Source: Thermoflexales bacterium
GTDB taxonomy: Bacteria; Chloroflexota; Anaerolineae; J036; Brachytrichaceae
DNA length: 64,000 bases
Assembly (NCBI GenBank): GCA_019694215.1
Contig: JAIBCK010000002.1
Span: forward strand, 1-64,000
Direction of reading: 5' to 3'
A model generated the notes under the pieces. The model saw nothing but the letters and a program-made list of their open reading frames with translations. It had not been told where the DNA came from and made no database searches. Positions within the stretch are counted from its first letter, which is position 1. Each line of letters begins with the position of its first letter. The position numbers and the translations under genes were made by a program. Positions 41,665 to 50,730 of the stretch are shown here, one piece after another.

Positions 41665-42737
41665 TTCGCGAGAAGCGCCGACAGGTCTGGCATGCCCTGG
41701 CTCGCGCTCATCGGCTGGGCGAACTCGTCGAACACGGTTTGCAGACCGCGCGCTGCCGTCCCCGCATCGATGCCCGTCGCAGAAGAAAGCTCATCGGCGA
41801 AGCCAAACTGCTTGATCGTCTTGCGATCGACGCGCTGACCCTGGCCGAGGCTGCCGAGGATCTGGCCGATGTCCAACCCACCAGGCGCGGCCGAGCCTGC
41901 AGAAGCGCCAGTCGGCATACGCTGTTGCGCACCGCCCGCCAGCAGCTTGCTCACCGCAAAGGCCACGATGGCCTGCGCGATCACGGGCGAGATGCCCAAC
42001 TTGGCCGCGAGCTTCTGAACGATCGGGGCAAGGAAGGCGTTGGCCATGATGTTGCCCCCCATGTTCCCCATGCCTCCACCTGCGCCACCACCAACCACTG
42101 CGCCCAAAATGGTGCTGAGGGGATCCGAGCCGGCCTGGGAATTTGCACCGCCCCCGCCCAGAATCGAACCGAGGATATTGCCCATCCCACCGCCCTGGGG
42201 TGCGCCCTGCTGGCCGCCACCCATTGCACCGCCGATGATCGAGCCGAGGATGTCGCCCATCCCACCGCCCTGGGGTGCGCCCTGCTGGCCGCCACCCATT
42301 GCACCGCCGATGATCGAGCCGAGGATGTCGCCCATCCCGCCGCCCTGGGGCGCCGCCTGCTGGGTCTGGCCGCCCATCGCGCCACCCAGGATCGAGCCGA
42401 GGATGTCACCCGCGCCGCCGCCCTGTGGCGCCGCCTGCTGGGTCTGGCCGCCCATCGCGCCGCCGAGGATCGAGCCGAGGATGTCGCCCATCCCGCCAGA
42501 CTGACTCTGGCCGCCCTGCGAAAGCCCACCAAGGATGTCGTTGACCGACACACCCTGCGCCTGCGCCTGCTGTTGAACTTTTGGATTGCCGCCCAGAATT
42601 GCGCCGAGCAGGCCATCGAGCGGGTCGCCGGCCTGGCCTCCAGTCTGCGTCTGAGGTGCCACCGTTTGTTGCGGCATCGCCTGCTGTCCGGCTGCACCGC
42701 TCAGGACAGCCCCCAGAATACCGTCAAAGAGTCCCAT
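41649..42737 (-). CDS. DUF937/YidB-like protein with internal Gly/Gln-rich 25-26 aa tandem repeats
   Basis: N-terminal MGLFDGILGAV, and a C-terminal region like YidB. Five repeats of GGMGDILGSI[LI]GGAMGG(G)QQ(Q)AAPQ. Overlaps the amine oxidase start by 16 nt. Confidence 0.55.
   Translation of the reverse strand: MGLFDGILGAVLSGAAGQQAMPQQTVAPQTQTGGQAGDPLDGLLGAILGGNPKVQQQAQAQGVSVNDILGGLSQGGQSQSGGMGDILGSILGGAMGGQTQQAAPQGGGAGDILGSILGGAMGGQTQQAAPQGGGMGDILGSIIGGAMGGGQQGAPQGGGMGDILGSIIGGAMGGGQQGAPQGGGMGNILGSILGGGGANSQAGSDPLSTILGAVVGGGAGGGMGNMGGNIMANAFLAPIVQKLAAKLGISPVIAQAIVAFAVSKLLAGGAQQRMPTGASAGSAAPGGLDIGQILGSLGQGQRVDRKTIKQFGFADELSSATGIDAGTAARGLQTVFDEFAQPMSASQGMPDLSALLAKWTPA
42140..42540. repeat. 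Coding tandem repeat: about 5 copies of a 75-78 bp unit, copies 1-2 identical
   Basis: Direct read. 42181-42255 and 42256-42330 are identical 75-mers. Following copies are 78 bp with substitutions. The flanking partial copies are degenerate. Confidence 0.85.
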
Positions 42738-42848
42738 TGTTTTCCTCCATGTGTCAAGCGCGCCATTGGTTGATCGCTTGCTGGCGTTGCGGCACGCATC
42801 GAAGATTGTAGCGCGGGTTGTGTTTGAATCGCAGTTGAAAACGAAAAG

Positions 42849-43415
42849 TCATGCGCTCGCAGCCCGCTCGCGCACAAGCTCGTCTATCAGCGCGGCCGGG
42901 GACGGAACGGTCCGAATCAGCGCACGCTGCGTCGGAGGCGTGAAGCCCTCGCGGACGGCGTGATCGAGGAAGGCCAGCAGCGCGTCAAAGTAGCCGCGCG
43001 TGTTGACCAGCCACAGCCGTTGGCCGCTGAGTCCAAGGCCGCTCAGCGTGGCGGCCTCGAAGAGCTCATCGAGCGTGCCGTAGCCGCCGGGCAATGCAAC
43101 AACGGCTCGCGACAGGTTGAGAAGCATCGTTTTGCGTGTCGGGAAATCCGGCACACGCCGGAGGTCGCGGAGCTCAGGGAAAGGCGTCTCGCGGCCCATC
43201 AGCGAATCCGGGAGGACGCCGATCACTTGGCCACCCTCCTCCAGCGCCGCATAGGCAAGCTTGCCCATAAGGCCCAGGTTTGAGCCACCGAAGACGATGC
43301 CAAAGCCCGCCCGCGCCAAGCCGCGCCCGACCTCGTCGGCAGCCTGCGCATATTCTGGCGAGCCCCCTGCGTGGCCGCCGCAAAAAACCGCTACGCGATA
43401 AGGTGAAAGTGTCAT
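42849..43415 (-). CDS. LOG-family protein (cytokinin riboside 5'-monophosphate phosphoribohydrolase-like)
   Basis: PGGYGTLDE motif and about 188 aa. Confidence 0.8.
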   Translation of the reverse strand: MTLSPYRVAVFCGGHAGGSPEYAQAADEVGRGLARAGFGIVFGGSNLGLMGKLAYAALEEGGQVIGVLPDSLMGRETPFPELRDLRRVPDFPTRKTMLLNLSRAVVALPGGYGTLDELFEAATLSGLGLSGQRLWLVNTRGYFDALLAFLDHAVREGFTPPTQRALIRTVPSPAALIDELVRERAASA

Positions 43416-43482
43416 GAGGGGCGACTATACCGTTTTGAGCGTCAGGGTCCCGTCAGGCGGCTGGCGCGCCGATTGAAGTAGG

Positions 43483-44481
43483 ATGCCCCCGACGATGCAC
43501 GGTTCCATCTCCGCACGCGCCCTGCGCCTCCTGCTCGTCGGGCTGATCACCCTGACGCTGACTGCCTGCCCCGCCCCCGGCGGTGGCCCCGCCCCGGTCC
43601 GCCTGCTCACGTTCCCTGGCACACCGGAGCTCACCTTCGTCCAGGCGATCCAGGGCGCACAACGTCGTGTTCTCGTCACAGTCTACTTGCTGACGGATCT
43701 TCGAATCGTCGATGCGCTCGCGGCCGCCCGGGCAAAGGGGCTCGAAGTGCGTGTGCTGCTGGAGGGCAATCCCTATGGCGCAACGGTCGCGGCGCAGGCC
43801 ACACTGACGCGCTTGCAGGAGGCTGGCATCGCGGTAAAGGCCGGAAACCCGGCCTTCCGCTACACCCATCAGAAGAGCCTGATCACCGATGACAGCGCCT
43901 ACATCCTGACGAACAACCTTACCCGTGCCGCCGTGCAGGCAAATCGCGAGTTCGGAATCGTGATCGAGGGCACCGCGGAAGTGTCAGAGATCGTGGGCGC
44001 CTTCGAGGCGGATTGGGCGCGCACGCCGTTTGCGCCAGCCAACCCGCGCCTGATCTGGAGCCCGCTGAATTCGCGGTCGCGCCTGACCGGCATGATCGAT
44101 GCCGCGCGGACCTCGCTCGAGATCTACGCTGAGGTCGTGCAGGATGATGCCATCGTGGCCGCGCTTGGAAGGGCCGCACAACGGGGCATAAGCACCCGCG
44201 TCCTGATTGCCCCGGCCGACGCCGGCAGCACCGCCGAGGGCAACGGCGACGTGGGAGTGCTCCTCGGCGCGGGAGTGCAGGTGCGGGTGCTGCGAAACCC
44301 ATACGCCCACGCCAAGGTCATCATCGTCGACGCCAGCTCGGCCTTCGTCGGCTCGCAGAACCTGACCTTCACCTCGATCGAGCGCAATCGCGAGCTGGGC
44401 ATCACAATTGGCGATCCCGGCGCCCTCCGCAGCCTGCGCGCAACCTTTGAGGCGGATTGGGCCAGCGTGTCGGCGCCCTAG
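43483..44481 (+). CDS. Phospholipase D-like (two HKD motifs) secreted lipoprotein
   Basis: Signal plus lipobox LTLTAC. HxK motifs YTHQKSLITDD and YAHAKVIIVD. Confidence 0.75.
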   Translation: MPPTMHGSISARALRLLLVGLITLTLTACPAPGGGPAPVRLLTFPGTPELTFVQAIQGAQRRVLVTVYLLTDLRIVDALAAARAKGLEVRVLLEGNPYGATVAAQATLTRLQEAGIAVKAGNPAFRYTHQKSLITDDSAYILTNNLTRAAVQANREFGIVIEGTAEVSEIVGAFEADWARTPFAPANPRLIWSPLNSRSRLTGMIDAARTSLEIYAEVVQDDAIVAALGRAAQRGISTRVLIAPADAGSTAEGNGDVGVLLGAGVQVRVLRNPYAHAKVIIVDASSAFVGSQNLTFTSIERNRELGITIGDPGALRSLRATFEADWASVSAP

Positions 44482-45527
44482 CGCCGGACGGTACCGGCGC
44501 GCACTGCCGCCAACAGCGCCTCGGGCTGCCGCTGATAGCGCGCCCACGGCACGCGCCCTTCAACGATGCCCTGCAGTGTGGATGTCAGCGCGGCGTTCAC
44601 CGGTGTGGGAACTCCAAGGGCCGCACCCCGCGTCGCGACCGCGCCATTCAGCCAGGCCACCTCGCTTCGCCCGCGTCCCGAGGCAAGATCGTAGTAGAAC
44701 GATGGGCGCTTGTTGCCGCGGCCGCGCGAGAAGCGACCGCGGAGCAGTGGGCGAAGGAGCGCTGCCGGCACGCAACGGACCAGCGTCGCAAGGGTGGCGG
44801 CCGGATTGGAGGGAAGATTGACTATTGCCGTTTTGCTTGCCCGCAGCACGGCGATTGCCTCGCGCAGCATGTCGAGCTCAACGTCGAACAGGCGACGGTC
44901 GGCGAACAGGGCCGCCGCAGACAGGTCGAGGATGGCTCCGCTCGCATTGCCGATGAGGTTCAGAAGCATTTTCGAGCCCTTGAGCGCGTCCGCATCGTCA
45001 TACACCTGCCCCAACCCCGATGTCGTCAGCGTGCGGATGAGGCCCGCCGCAGCCGGAGCGTCGGGGGCGCAGGCCGCCCAGCACAGATCGCCACCCTCCC
45101 GTTCCACCTGCAGCGCGCCATCGTCCGAGAGCGAAAGCGGCGTGGTCGTGGTTGCAGCCACGACACACTCCCGCCCAAACACCTCGGCCAACGTGGCCTC
45201 GCTGCCCAGGCCATTCTGGAAGGCTGCGATGAACGGCACCCGCCCCGGCACGGTCAGCGCGGCCAGCTCTCGCGCCACGATCGGAACATCATACGATTTC
45301 ATGCACAACGCAATCAAATCGGGCACGTTCACGGCGAGACCGGTGGCAAGATCGTGTGCCACGTCAAGCGCGGTGTGGGTGCGTGCGCCCGAGGGTGCGC
45401 GCACGCGCAGCCCGCGATGCCGCAGGACGGAGGCGGCCACCGGCCGCGCGACGAGCGTCACCTCCCACCCGCAATCGAGAAAGCGCATCGACACCCACTG
45501 CCCGACCGGACCGGCACCAACGACCAT
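44478..45527 (-). CDS. panE: 2-dehydropantoate 2-reductase (ketopantoate reductase, ApbA/PanE family)
   Basis: N-terminal Rossmann motif MVVGAGPVG and a PanE-like C-terminal region. The ORF-track extension to 45992 is an Arg/Gly-rich artefact. Confidence 0.7.
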   Translation of the reverse strand: MVVGAGPVGQWVSMRFLDCGWEVTLVARPVAASVLRHRGLRVRAPSGARTHTALDVAHDLATGLAVNVPDLIALCMKSYDVPIVARELAALTVPGRVPFIAAFQNGLGSEATLAEVFGRECVVAATTTTPLSLSDDGALQVEREGGDLCWAACAPDAPAAAGLIRTLTTSGLGQVYDDADALKGSKMLLNLIGNASGAILDLSAAALFADRRLFDVELDMLREAIAVLRASKTAIVNLPSNPAATLATLVRCVPAALLRPLLRGRFSRGRGNKRPSFYYDLASGRGRSEVAWLNGAVATRGAALGVPTPVNAALTSTLQGIVEGRVPWARYQRQPEALLAAVRAGTVRR

Positions 45528-45532
45528 TGCCC

Positions 45533-47386
45533 TCACGGGTTGACCTCCACGGCCGCCACCCAGGTTCCATCGGGCAGGCGAACACCAAGGCCTTCCTGGC
45601 TCGGGTAACGATAACGGCCGATCGCCACCCTCAGCCCGCCGCCTGACTGCGCGAGCCCGGGAATCGGCGCCCACAGCCGCAAGACATCTCCGCTGCGCAA
45701 CGCGGCCGGGGGCAGTGCGCCGAGATCGACGCTGCCAAGCGGGGCGCCATCCGCCGCAACCACACGGACAAACCAATGCGCGTCCGGCGCCGTCGCCGGC
45801 GGTGTGGCCGGCACGGCGACCAGCGCCGTGATCGCCCCACCCTCTCGCCGCACGGCGCGCAACTCGAGGCCGTCCTCCCACGTGCCGAGAACCGTCGCGG
45901 GCAGGTCCATCGCCGGGGCCGCCACCGCTGCGGGGCCGCGCGTCGGACCGAGCCCGGCCAGCGCCGGGGCGGGCCCCTCGGCAATCACCCATGTCGCGCA
46001 GCCCATGGGCCGCAACGCCACCTCACCTGCCGGGAAGAGGCGGGGATGGAGGTCCTCCAACAGCGCGGAGTAGGTTGCCGCGCCCTCATCGATCGAGGCC
46101 TCCGCGTGCTGCACGCCTACTGCGATGCCGCCTTGGCCGCACTCGCGGAGCAGCGCGCGCGCCTGACGGGCAATCTCAAGCACTGGCAGGAGCGGGCGGT
46201 AGCCGGCAGCCGGTTGAAGCGCGCGCGCGGCGGCTGCCTCGTTCACGCGCAGCAGCCCGGACGAGAAGAAGATCAGGAGAAGCGCGACCACGGCGACGAT
46301 TGCGATGCGCGCGCGCCGTACGCCCACGCGTTCCGCCAGCCAGGCCAGCCCGACGCCCATCAGTGCGAAGGCGAAGGGCTGCGCGGCCTGCACATAGTGG
46401 GGTTGGACGGCGGAACCAGCCCGCACTTGTGTGACCACGAGGCTCGCCCAGAAGACGGCCAGGATGAGCGCCATCTGCGCAAGCGCGTCGTCGCGCCAGG
46501 CACGCCCGCGCCTCGAAACGATGCGCAACAGCCCCAGCCCAAACAAAAGCACGGCCCCGAGCCCGAGCTGCGGCAGCAGCGGCACGGCGGCGGGCAGCCC
46601 GGCCACCTCGGGCAGCAGCCGACCCTCCATCTGCCACAGGGCGAAGTCGACGGGCGCCAGCGAGAATGTCCCGGCCGCGGTCCCTGCACCCGCCAGCGCA
46701 CGCAGGTTGGTATATCCCGTTTGGCCGTCGAGTGCGCCATAGGCGACTGACACGAGAAGGACCGGCAGTGCCCCGAGCGCAAACCGGCCAAGGCCGAGAC
46801 GACGGAGCGCCACCACAGCCAGCACAGCGTAGGCCGGAAGGAGGTAGAGCGCACTGAGATGGGTCGCCAGGGAGAGGGCCACCCCGAGGCTGGCCAGCAC
46901 CCAGCCCACGGAGCGCCGCTCAGCCAACAGGAGAACAATGCCCAGAACGATCAGCACACCCCATGCGTTGATTGGGGCCACCCAGACCTTGCGCGCGAAA
47001 TACACCACCCAGGGGCCCAACGCATACAACAATGCCGCGCCAAGCGCTGCCGGTCGCGGGAGCAGGCGTTGGAGCGCCCAGGCCAGCACACCTGCGGCCA
47101 GCGCGTCCAGTGCGGCGCGAAATCCGGCGATGACGAGTACGTCGTGCGAGAGGGCAGCGGGGATTGCCATCAGCCACAGCGCGAGGCCCGGGTGTGTGGC
47201 GACGCTGCCGCTGTGCGGAGCCAACCAGTACCAGGCGCCCCCGGCGATGTCGAGGGCGAAGCGCACGGCGACGGCCTCATCGTAGCGGTAGTCGATCAGG
47301 TCCAGCCGGGCCAAACGCGGCAAAAGCGCCACGAGCCCGATCAGTACCGCAGGGAAAAACGCGCGGGCCCTGGCACTCACCGACAT
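45533..47386 (-). CDS. GT39/GT83-like (ArnT/PMT-type) polytopic glycosyltransferase
   Basis: N-terminal DE motif (YRYDEAVAVRF), about 11 TMs, and a C-terminal soluble domain. Confidence 0.6.
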   Translation of the reverse strand: MSVSARARAFFPAVLIGLVALLPRLARLDLIDYRYDEAVAVRFALDIAGGAWYWLAPHSGSVATHPGLALWLMAIPAALSHDVLVIAGFRAALDALAAGVLAWALQRLLPRPAALGAALLYALGPWVVYFARKVWVAPINAWGVLIVLGIVLLLAERRSVGWVLASLGVALSLATHLSALYLLPAYAVLAVVALRRLGLGRFALGALPVLLVSVAYGALDGQTGYTNLRALAGAGTAAGTFSLAPVDFALWQMEGRLLPEVAGLPAAVPLLPQLGLGAVLLFGLGLLRIVSRRGRAWRDDALAQMALILAVFWASLVVTQVRAGSAVQPHYVQAAQPFAFALMGVGLAWLAERVGVRRARIAIVAVVALLLIFFSSGLLRVNEAAAARALQPAAGYRPLLPVLEIARQARALLRECGQGGIAVGVQHAEASIDEGAATYSALLEDLHPRLFPAGEVALRPMGCATWVIAEGPAPALAGLGPTRGPAAVAAPAMDLPATVLGTWEDGLELRAVRREGGAITALVAVPATPPATAPDAHWFVRVVAADGAPLGSVDLGALPPAALRSGDVLRLWAPIPGLAQSGGGLRVAIGRYRYPSQEGLGVRLPDGTWVAAVEVNP

Positions 47387-47416
47387 TGCCCGACTGTAGC
47401 ACGGGCGGCGTGACCG

Positions 47417-49840
47417 TCAGGGCAGCACAACAAAGGGCACGCCGGGCACGTCGACGTTTCGGCCATCGGCGAGGGTCACACGCGCGGCCGCAACGTGCGC
47501 GCCCGGCTGGAGCGCCCAGACCCCCTCGAGCGCACTGGCGCCCTGCGCCACCGATGCGCCATCCACCGAGAATGCAATCGCAACGACGGGCAGGTCGGTG
47601 GCCGCGATCGCAAGCAACATCCGTTGTGCGCTCGCCGGCAGGTCACTGGCCATTCGATACTGCGCGCCGGCGAGTGGGCGTGCGAGCCGCAGCGCACCCG
47701 CGTCCCCACCGATGGCGGCGTCGTCGAGCGGCCAGCCGTGCTCACGCGCCCAGGGAACGGCCAGTTCCGGCAGCCGATACCGCAGCTGGCCATTGACGCG
47801 CACGATCCAGGTGTCGCGCGTCTGCGGCTCGGTGCCCGGTACGAACCACTCGCGCCGATGGCCTTGACACTCGGGCGTCGGAAGCAGGCCCGACAACGTG
47901 CAAATCTCCACCTGACGAAGCGCCGTCGGCCGCTCAAAGCCGCGCACGGCCAGGTTGCGCGACCCGACCTCCATCACGTCGTGCCAGAGCGGCGCGGCAC
48001 CCGTCACGCCGCTGATGCGCGTCATGGGCTCACCGCTGGCGTTGCCCACCCATGCCCCGACCACGAGGTCGGGGGTGTAGCCCACCGCCCAGTTGTCTCG
48101 CCAGTCCGTGGTCGTGCCGGTTTTCACAGCAGCCGGACGCGCCAGGCGTAGCGCGCTGTTTTCACCAAAGGCGGGCGCACGCGCCGCGTTGTCTGAGAGG
48201 ATGTCGCTGATCAGCCAGGCCGTCAGGGGTGACATGGCCGCACTGGCGCCCGGCGCTGTCGATCGCCGATAGAGCAAAGCGCCGCCGGTATCCGAGACAG
48301 CGAGGACGATGGCAGGCTCGACCGGCACACCCTCCCGCGCGAAGGCGGCGAAGGCGGTCGTCAGGTCCAACAAGCGTACTTCACCACCTCCCAGCGTAAG
48401 CGACAGGCCATAGCCATCCTCGCTGCCCAGGGTCCGCAAACCGAGACGGCGCCCGAAATCCAGCATCGTCGTCAGACCCACCTGCTGCAGCGTCGCGACT
48501 GCGGCAACGTTGTTGGATGTCGCCAACGCATCCCGCACGCTGATCGGCCCCCCGAACTGACGGTTGTAGTTTTCCGGCAGGTAGGGCAAGCCCTCCCGGG
48601 TGGGAAAGGCGCGCGGCACATCCAGCAACGGGGTCGCTGCTGTGAAGCCGGCCACGGTCTCGAAGGCCGCCGCATAGGTCACGGGCTTGATCGCGCTTCC
48701 GGGCTGACGCAAGGCAATGGTCGCATTCACGGCGCCGCTGATCGAGCGGTCGAAGTAGTCGGGGCTCCCGACCATGGCCAGGATGTCACCGTTGTGCGGA
48801 TCGAGCACGATCACAGCTGCGTTGTTGGCGTTGTAGCCATACGGGCGCTGCTGCTCCTCGGGCTCGGCGCGCAACTGGGCCAGGCGCTCGCGGGTGAGCT
48901 GCTCCGCAGCCCGGTTAAGCTCGCTGTCAATGGTGAGCGTTATCACAAGACCGCCACGGGCCACCGCCTCCACGCCGAAGCGCTCTTCCGCCCAGGACCG
49001 CGCATACGCCACCGCATGGGGGGCTTGCATGCCCTGCTGCAGGCCTCCGAAACTCAGCCGCGTCGCGCGGGCGATGTCTGCCTGGTCGGGCGCAACCCGG
49101 GCGTGTTTAACCATCAAGTCAAGCACGACGGATTGTCGCGCGCGCGCCGCCTCGGGGTGGTTGAGCGGATCGTAGGCCACGGGGTTCTGCAGCAGCCCGG
49201 CCAGCATGGATGCCTCGCTCACGTCAAGATCGCGGGCGGACTTGCCAAAATACACGCGTGACGCCGCCTCGGCACCATAGGCGAGGTTCCCGAAATAGAC
49301 TTCATTCAGATAAAACGTCAGAACCTCATCCTTCGAATAGCGCGCACCCATGAGCAACGCGAGCAAGCCCTCGCGCACCTTTCGCAGCAGGCTGCGCGAG
49401 GTGCGTTCATCCTCGTCCATGAAGGCCAGCCGCGCCAGTTGCTGGGTGATGGTGCTGCCGCCCGAGACGGTCTCGCCGCTTTGGATGTTCAGCCAGACGG
49501 CGCGGACGATTCCGCGCACATCGACACCGGGGTTGGTGTAGAAACTTTCGTCCTCGACAGCGACGACGGCGTCACGCAGGCTTGGTGCGATCGCGGCGAG
49601 GGGCACGCGCTCGCGTAGGCCACCGCTTTGCTTGCTGGGATCGATTACTTCATACAACAGCTGACCCTGGCGATCGACAAAGCGGGTGCTGCCCACATGC
49701 ACGCGTGCCGGCAGTGACTCCACCGAAGGCAGGCTGAGGACGAGCGCACACAGGGCCAACGCGCACGCCAGGGCCCCCCACCCGGCAATCCGCAGGAGGG
49801 TTCGTCCGAGCCGACGGGGCTTTGCGCGACGCGCTGTCAC
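47417..49840 (-). CDS. Class A penicillin-binding protein (PBP1A, transglycosylase + transpeptidase)
   Basis: GT51 motifs EDESFYTNPGVD and GGSTITQQLARL. Transpeptidase region with an S-x-x-K context. 807 aa. Confidence 0.85.
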   Translation of the reverse strand: MTARRAKPRRLGRTLLRIAGWGALACALALCALVLSLPSVESLPARVHVGSTRFVDRQGQLLYEVIDPSKQSGGLRERVPLAAIAPSLRDAVVAVEDESFYTNPGVDVRGIVRAVWLNIQSGETVSGGSTITQQLARLAFMDEDERTSRSLLRKVREGLLALLMGARYSKDEVLTFYLNEVYFGNLAYGAEAASRVYFGKSARDLDVSEASMLAGLLQNPVAYDPLNHPEAARARQSVVLDLMVKHARVAPDQADIARATRLSFGGLQQGMQAPHAVAYARSWAEERFGVEAVARGGLVITLTIDSELNRAAEQLTRERLAQLRAEPEEQQRPYGYNANNAAVIVLDPHNGDILAMVGSPDYFDRSISGAVNATIALRQPGSAIKPVTYAAAFETVAGFTAATPLLDVPRAFPTREGLPYLPENYNRQFGGPISVRDALATSNNVAAVATLQQVGLTTMLDFGRRLGLRTLGSEDGYGLSLTLGGGEVRLLDLTTAFAAFAREGVPVEPAIVLAVSDTGGALLYRRSTAPGASAAMSPLTAWLISDILSDNAARAPAFGENSALRLARPAAVKTGTTTDWRDNWAVGYTPDLVVGAWVGNASGEPMTRISGVTGAAPLWHDVMEVGSRNLAVRGFERPTALRQVEICTLSGLLPTPECQGHRREWFVPGTEPQTRDTWIVRVNGQLRYRLPELAVPWAREHGWPLDDAAIGGDAGALRLARPLAGAQYRMASDLPASAQRMLLAIAATDLPVVAIAFSVDGASVAQGASALEGVWALQPGAHVAAARVTLADGRNVDVPGVPFVVLP

Positions 49841-49923
49841 GACCCTATCCTAGCGCGGCTTCGCGTGTGTGAGATGACGCAGCCCGGGCGCTGAACCTGC
49901 GGCCGGCCAACGACCAGGGGGCC

Positions 49924-50706
49924 TCAATTCGCCTCGCGCCAGCGGCGAGCCAGGCGACGGGTCTGATCGAAGCGGTACCAGGCCATCAGCGCGCTGAGGT
50001 GCAGCCCGTGCAGGCCATCGCGCCAACCCTTCAATGTGACAAAGCGCCGCCAGAACTCTCGCAGGGGCTGCATGAAATACGTCCACGGTCTCGGGCGCAC
50101 GCCCTGCTTGAAAAGGATGCCCGCGTCATACTCCGAGTAGCGCTTCTGCTTGGTGTGGAATTGAGCCACATCCTCGTAGTTGAAGTGCGTGAGGGGCGCG
50201 CGCAGACGACCCATCTCGCCTTTGAAGCGGGCAACCTCATGCACCTCGCGGACCGGATCGAAGTCGGCTGCGCCAACGCGAAAGAAGCGGGCCTGAAAAT
50301 CGGGATACCAGCCCGCGCCCAGGGTCAACTTGCCGAAGAGATAGTTGTGTCGCGGCACTGCCCAGACATCGTGGCTCGGATCCGTTGCGACTTCGCGCAG
50401 CTCAGAGGCAAGCTCCGGTGAGCAGCGCTCATCGGCATCGAGGAAGAACACCCAGTCCGCAGGCGGGAGCATCGCCCCGGCATGGGCGAGCGCAAAGTTG
50501 CGCTGCTGTGCGTAGTTCTCGAAGGGATTCGCCACCATGGCGGCGCCGGCCGCGCTCGCCAGGGCCTGCGTGTCATCGGTGGAGATGGAATCCACGACCA
50601 CGCGATCATCTGCCCAACGCAACGAATCAAGGCATTCCGAAATGTGCCGGGCCTCGTTGAAGGTCAGCACGATCGCGGCGATGCGGGGGGGCTGGGCGGC
50701 GGCCAT
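49924..50706 (-). CDS. Family 2 glycosyltransferase
   Basis: GT2 N-terminal pattern (IVLTFNEARHISECLDSL) and a DxD motif (FLDADE). Confidence 0.75.
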   Translation of the reverse strand: MAAAQPPRIAAIVLTFNEARHISECLDSLRWADDRVVVDSISTDDTQALASAAGAAMVANPFENYAQQRNFALAHAGAMLPPADWVFFLDADERCSPELASELREVATDPSHDVWAVPRHNYLFGKLTLGAGWYPDFQARFFRVGAADFDPVREVHEVARFKGEMGRLRAPLTHFNYEDVAQFHTKQKRYSEYDAGILFKQGVRPRPWTYFMQPLREFWRRFVTLKGWRDGLHGLHLSALMAWYRFDQTRRLARRWREAN

Positions 50707-50730
50707 GGTCCTGATTCTACGAAGGAGATG

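Noticed and set aside
42140-42540. Possible CRISPR array or noncoding satellite
   Set aside because: The repeats are contiguous with no spacers, lie in-frame within a long ORF, and encode a regular peptide repeat. This is not CRISPR architecture.
45528-45992. N-terminal extension of the PanE-like ORF (to 45992)
   Set aside because: Arg/Gly-rich low-complexity translation overlapping the GT39-like gene on the same strand. The Rossmann motif MVVGAGPVG marks the genuine N-terminus.
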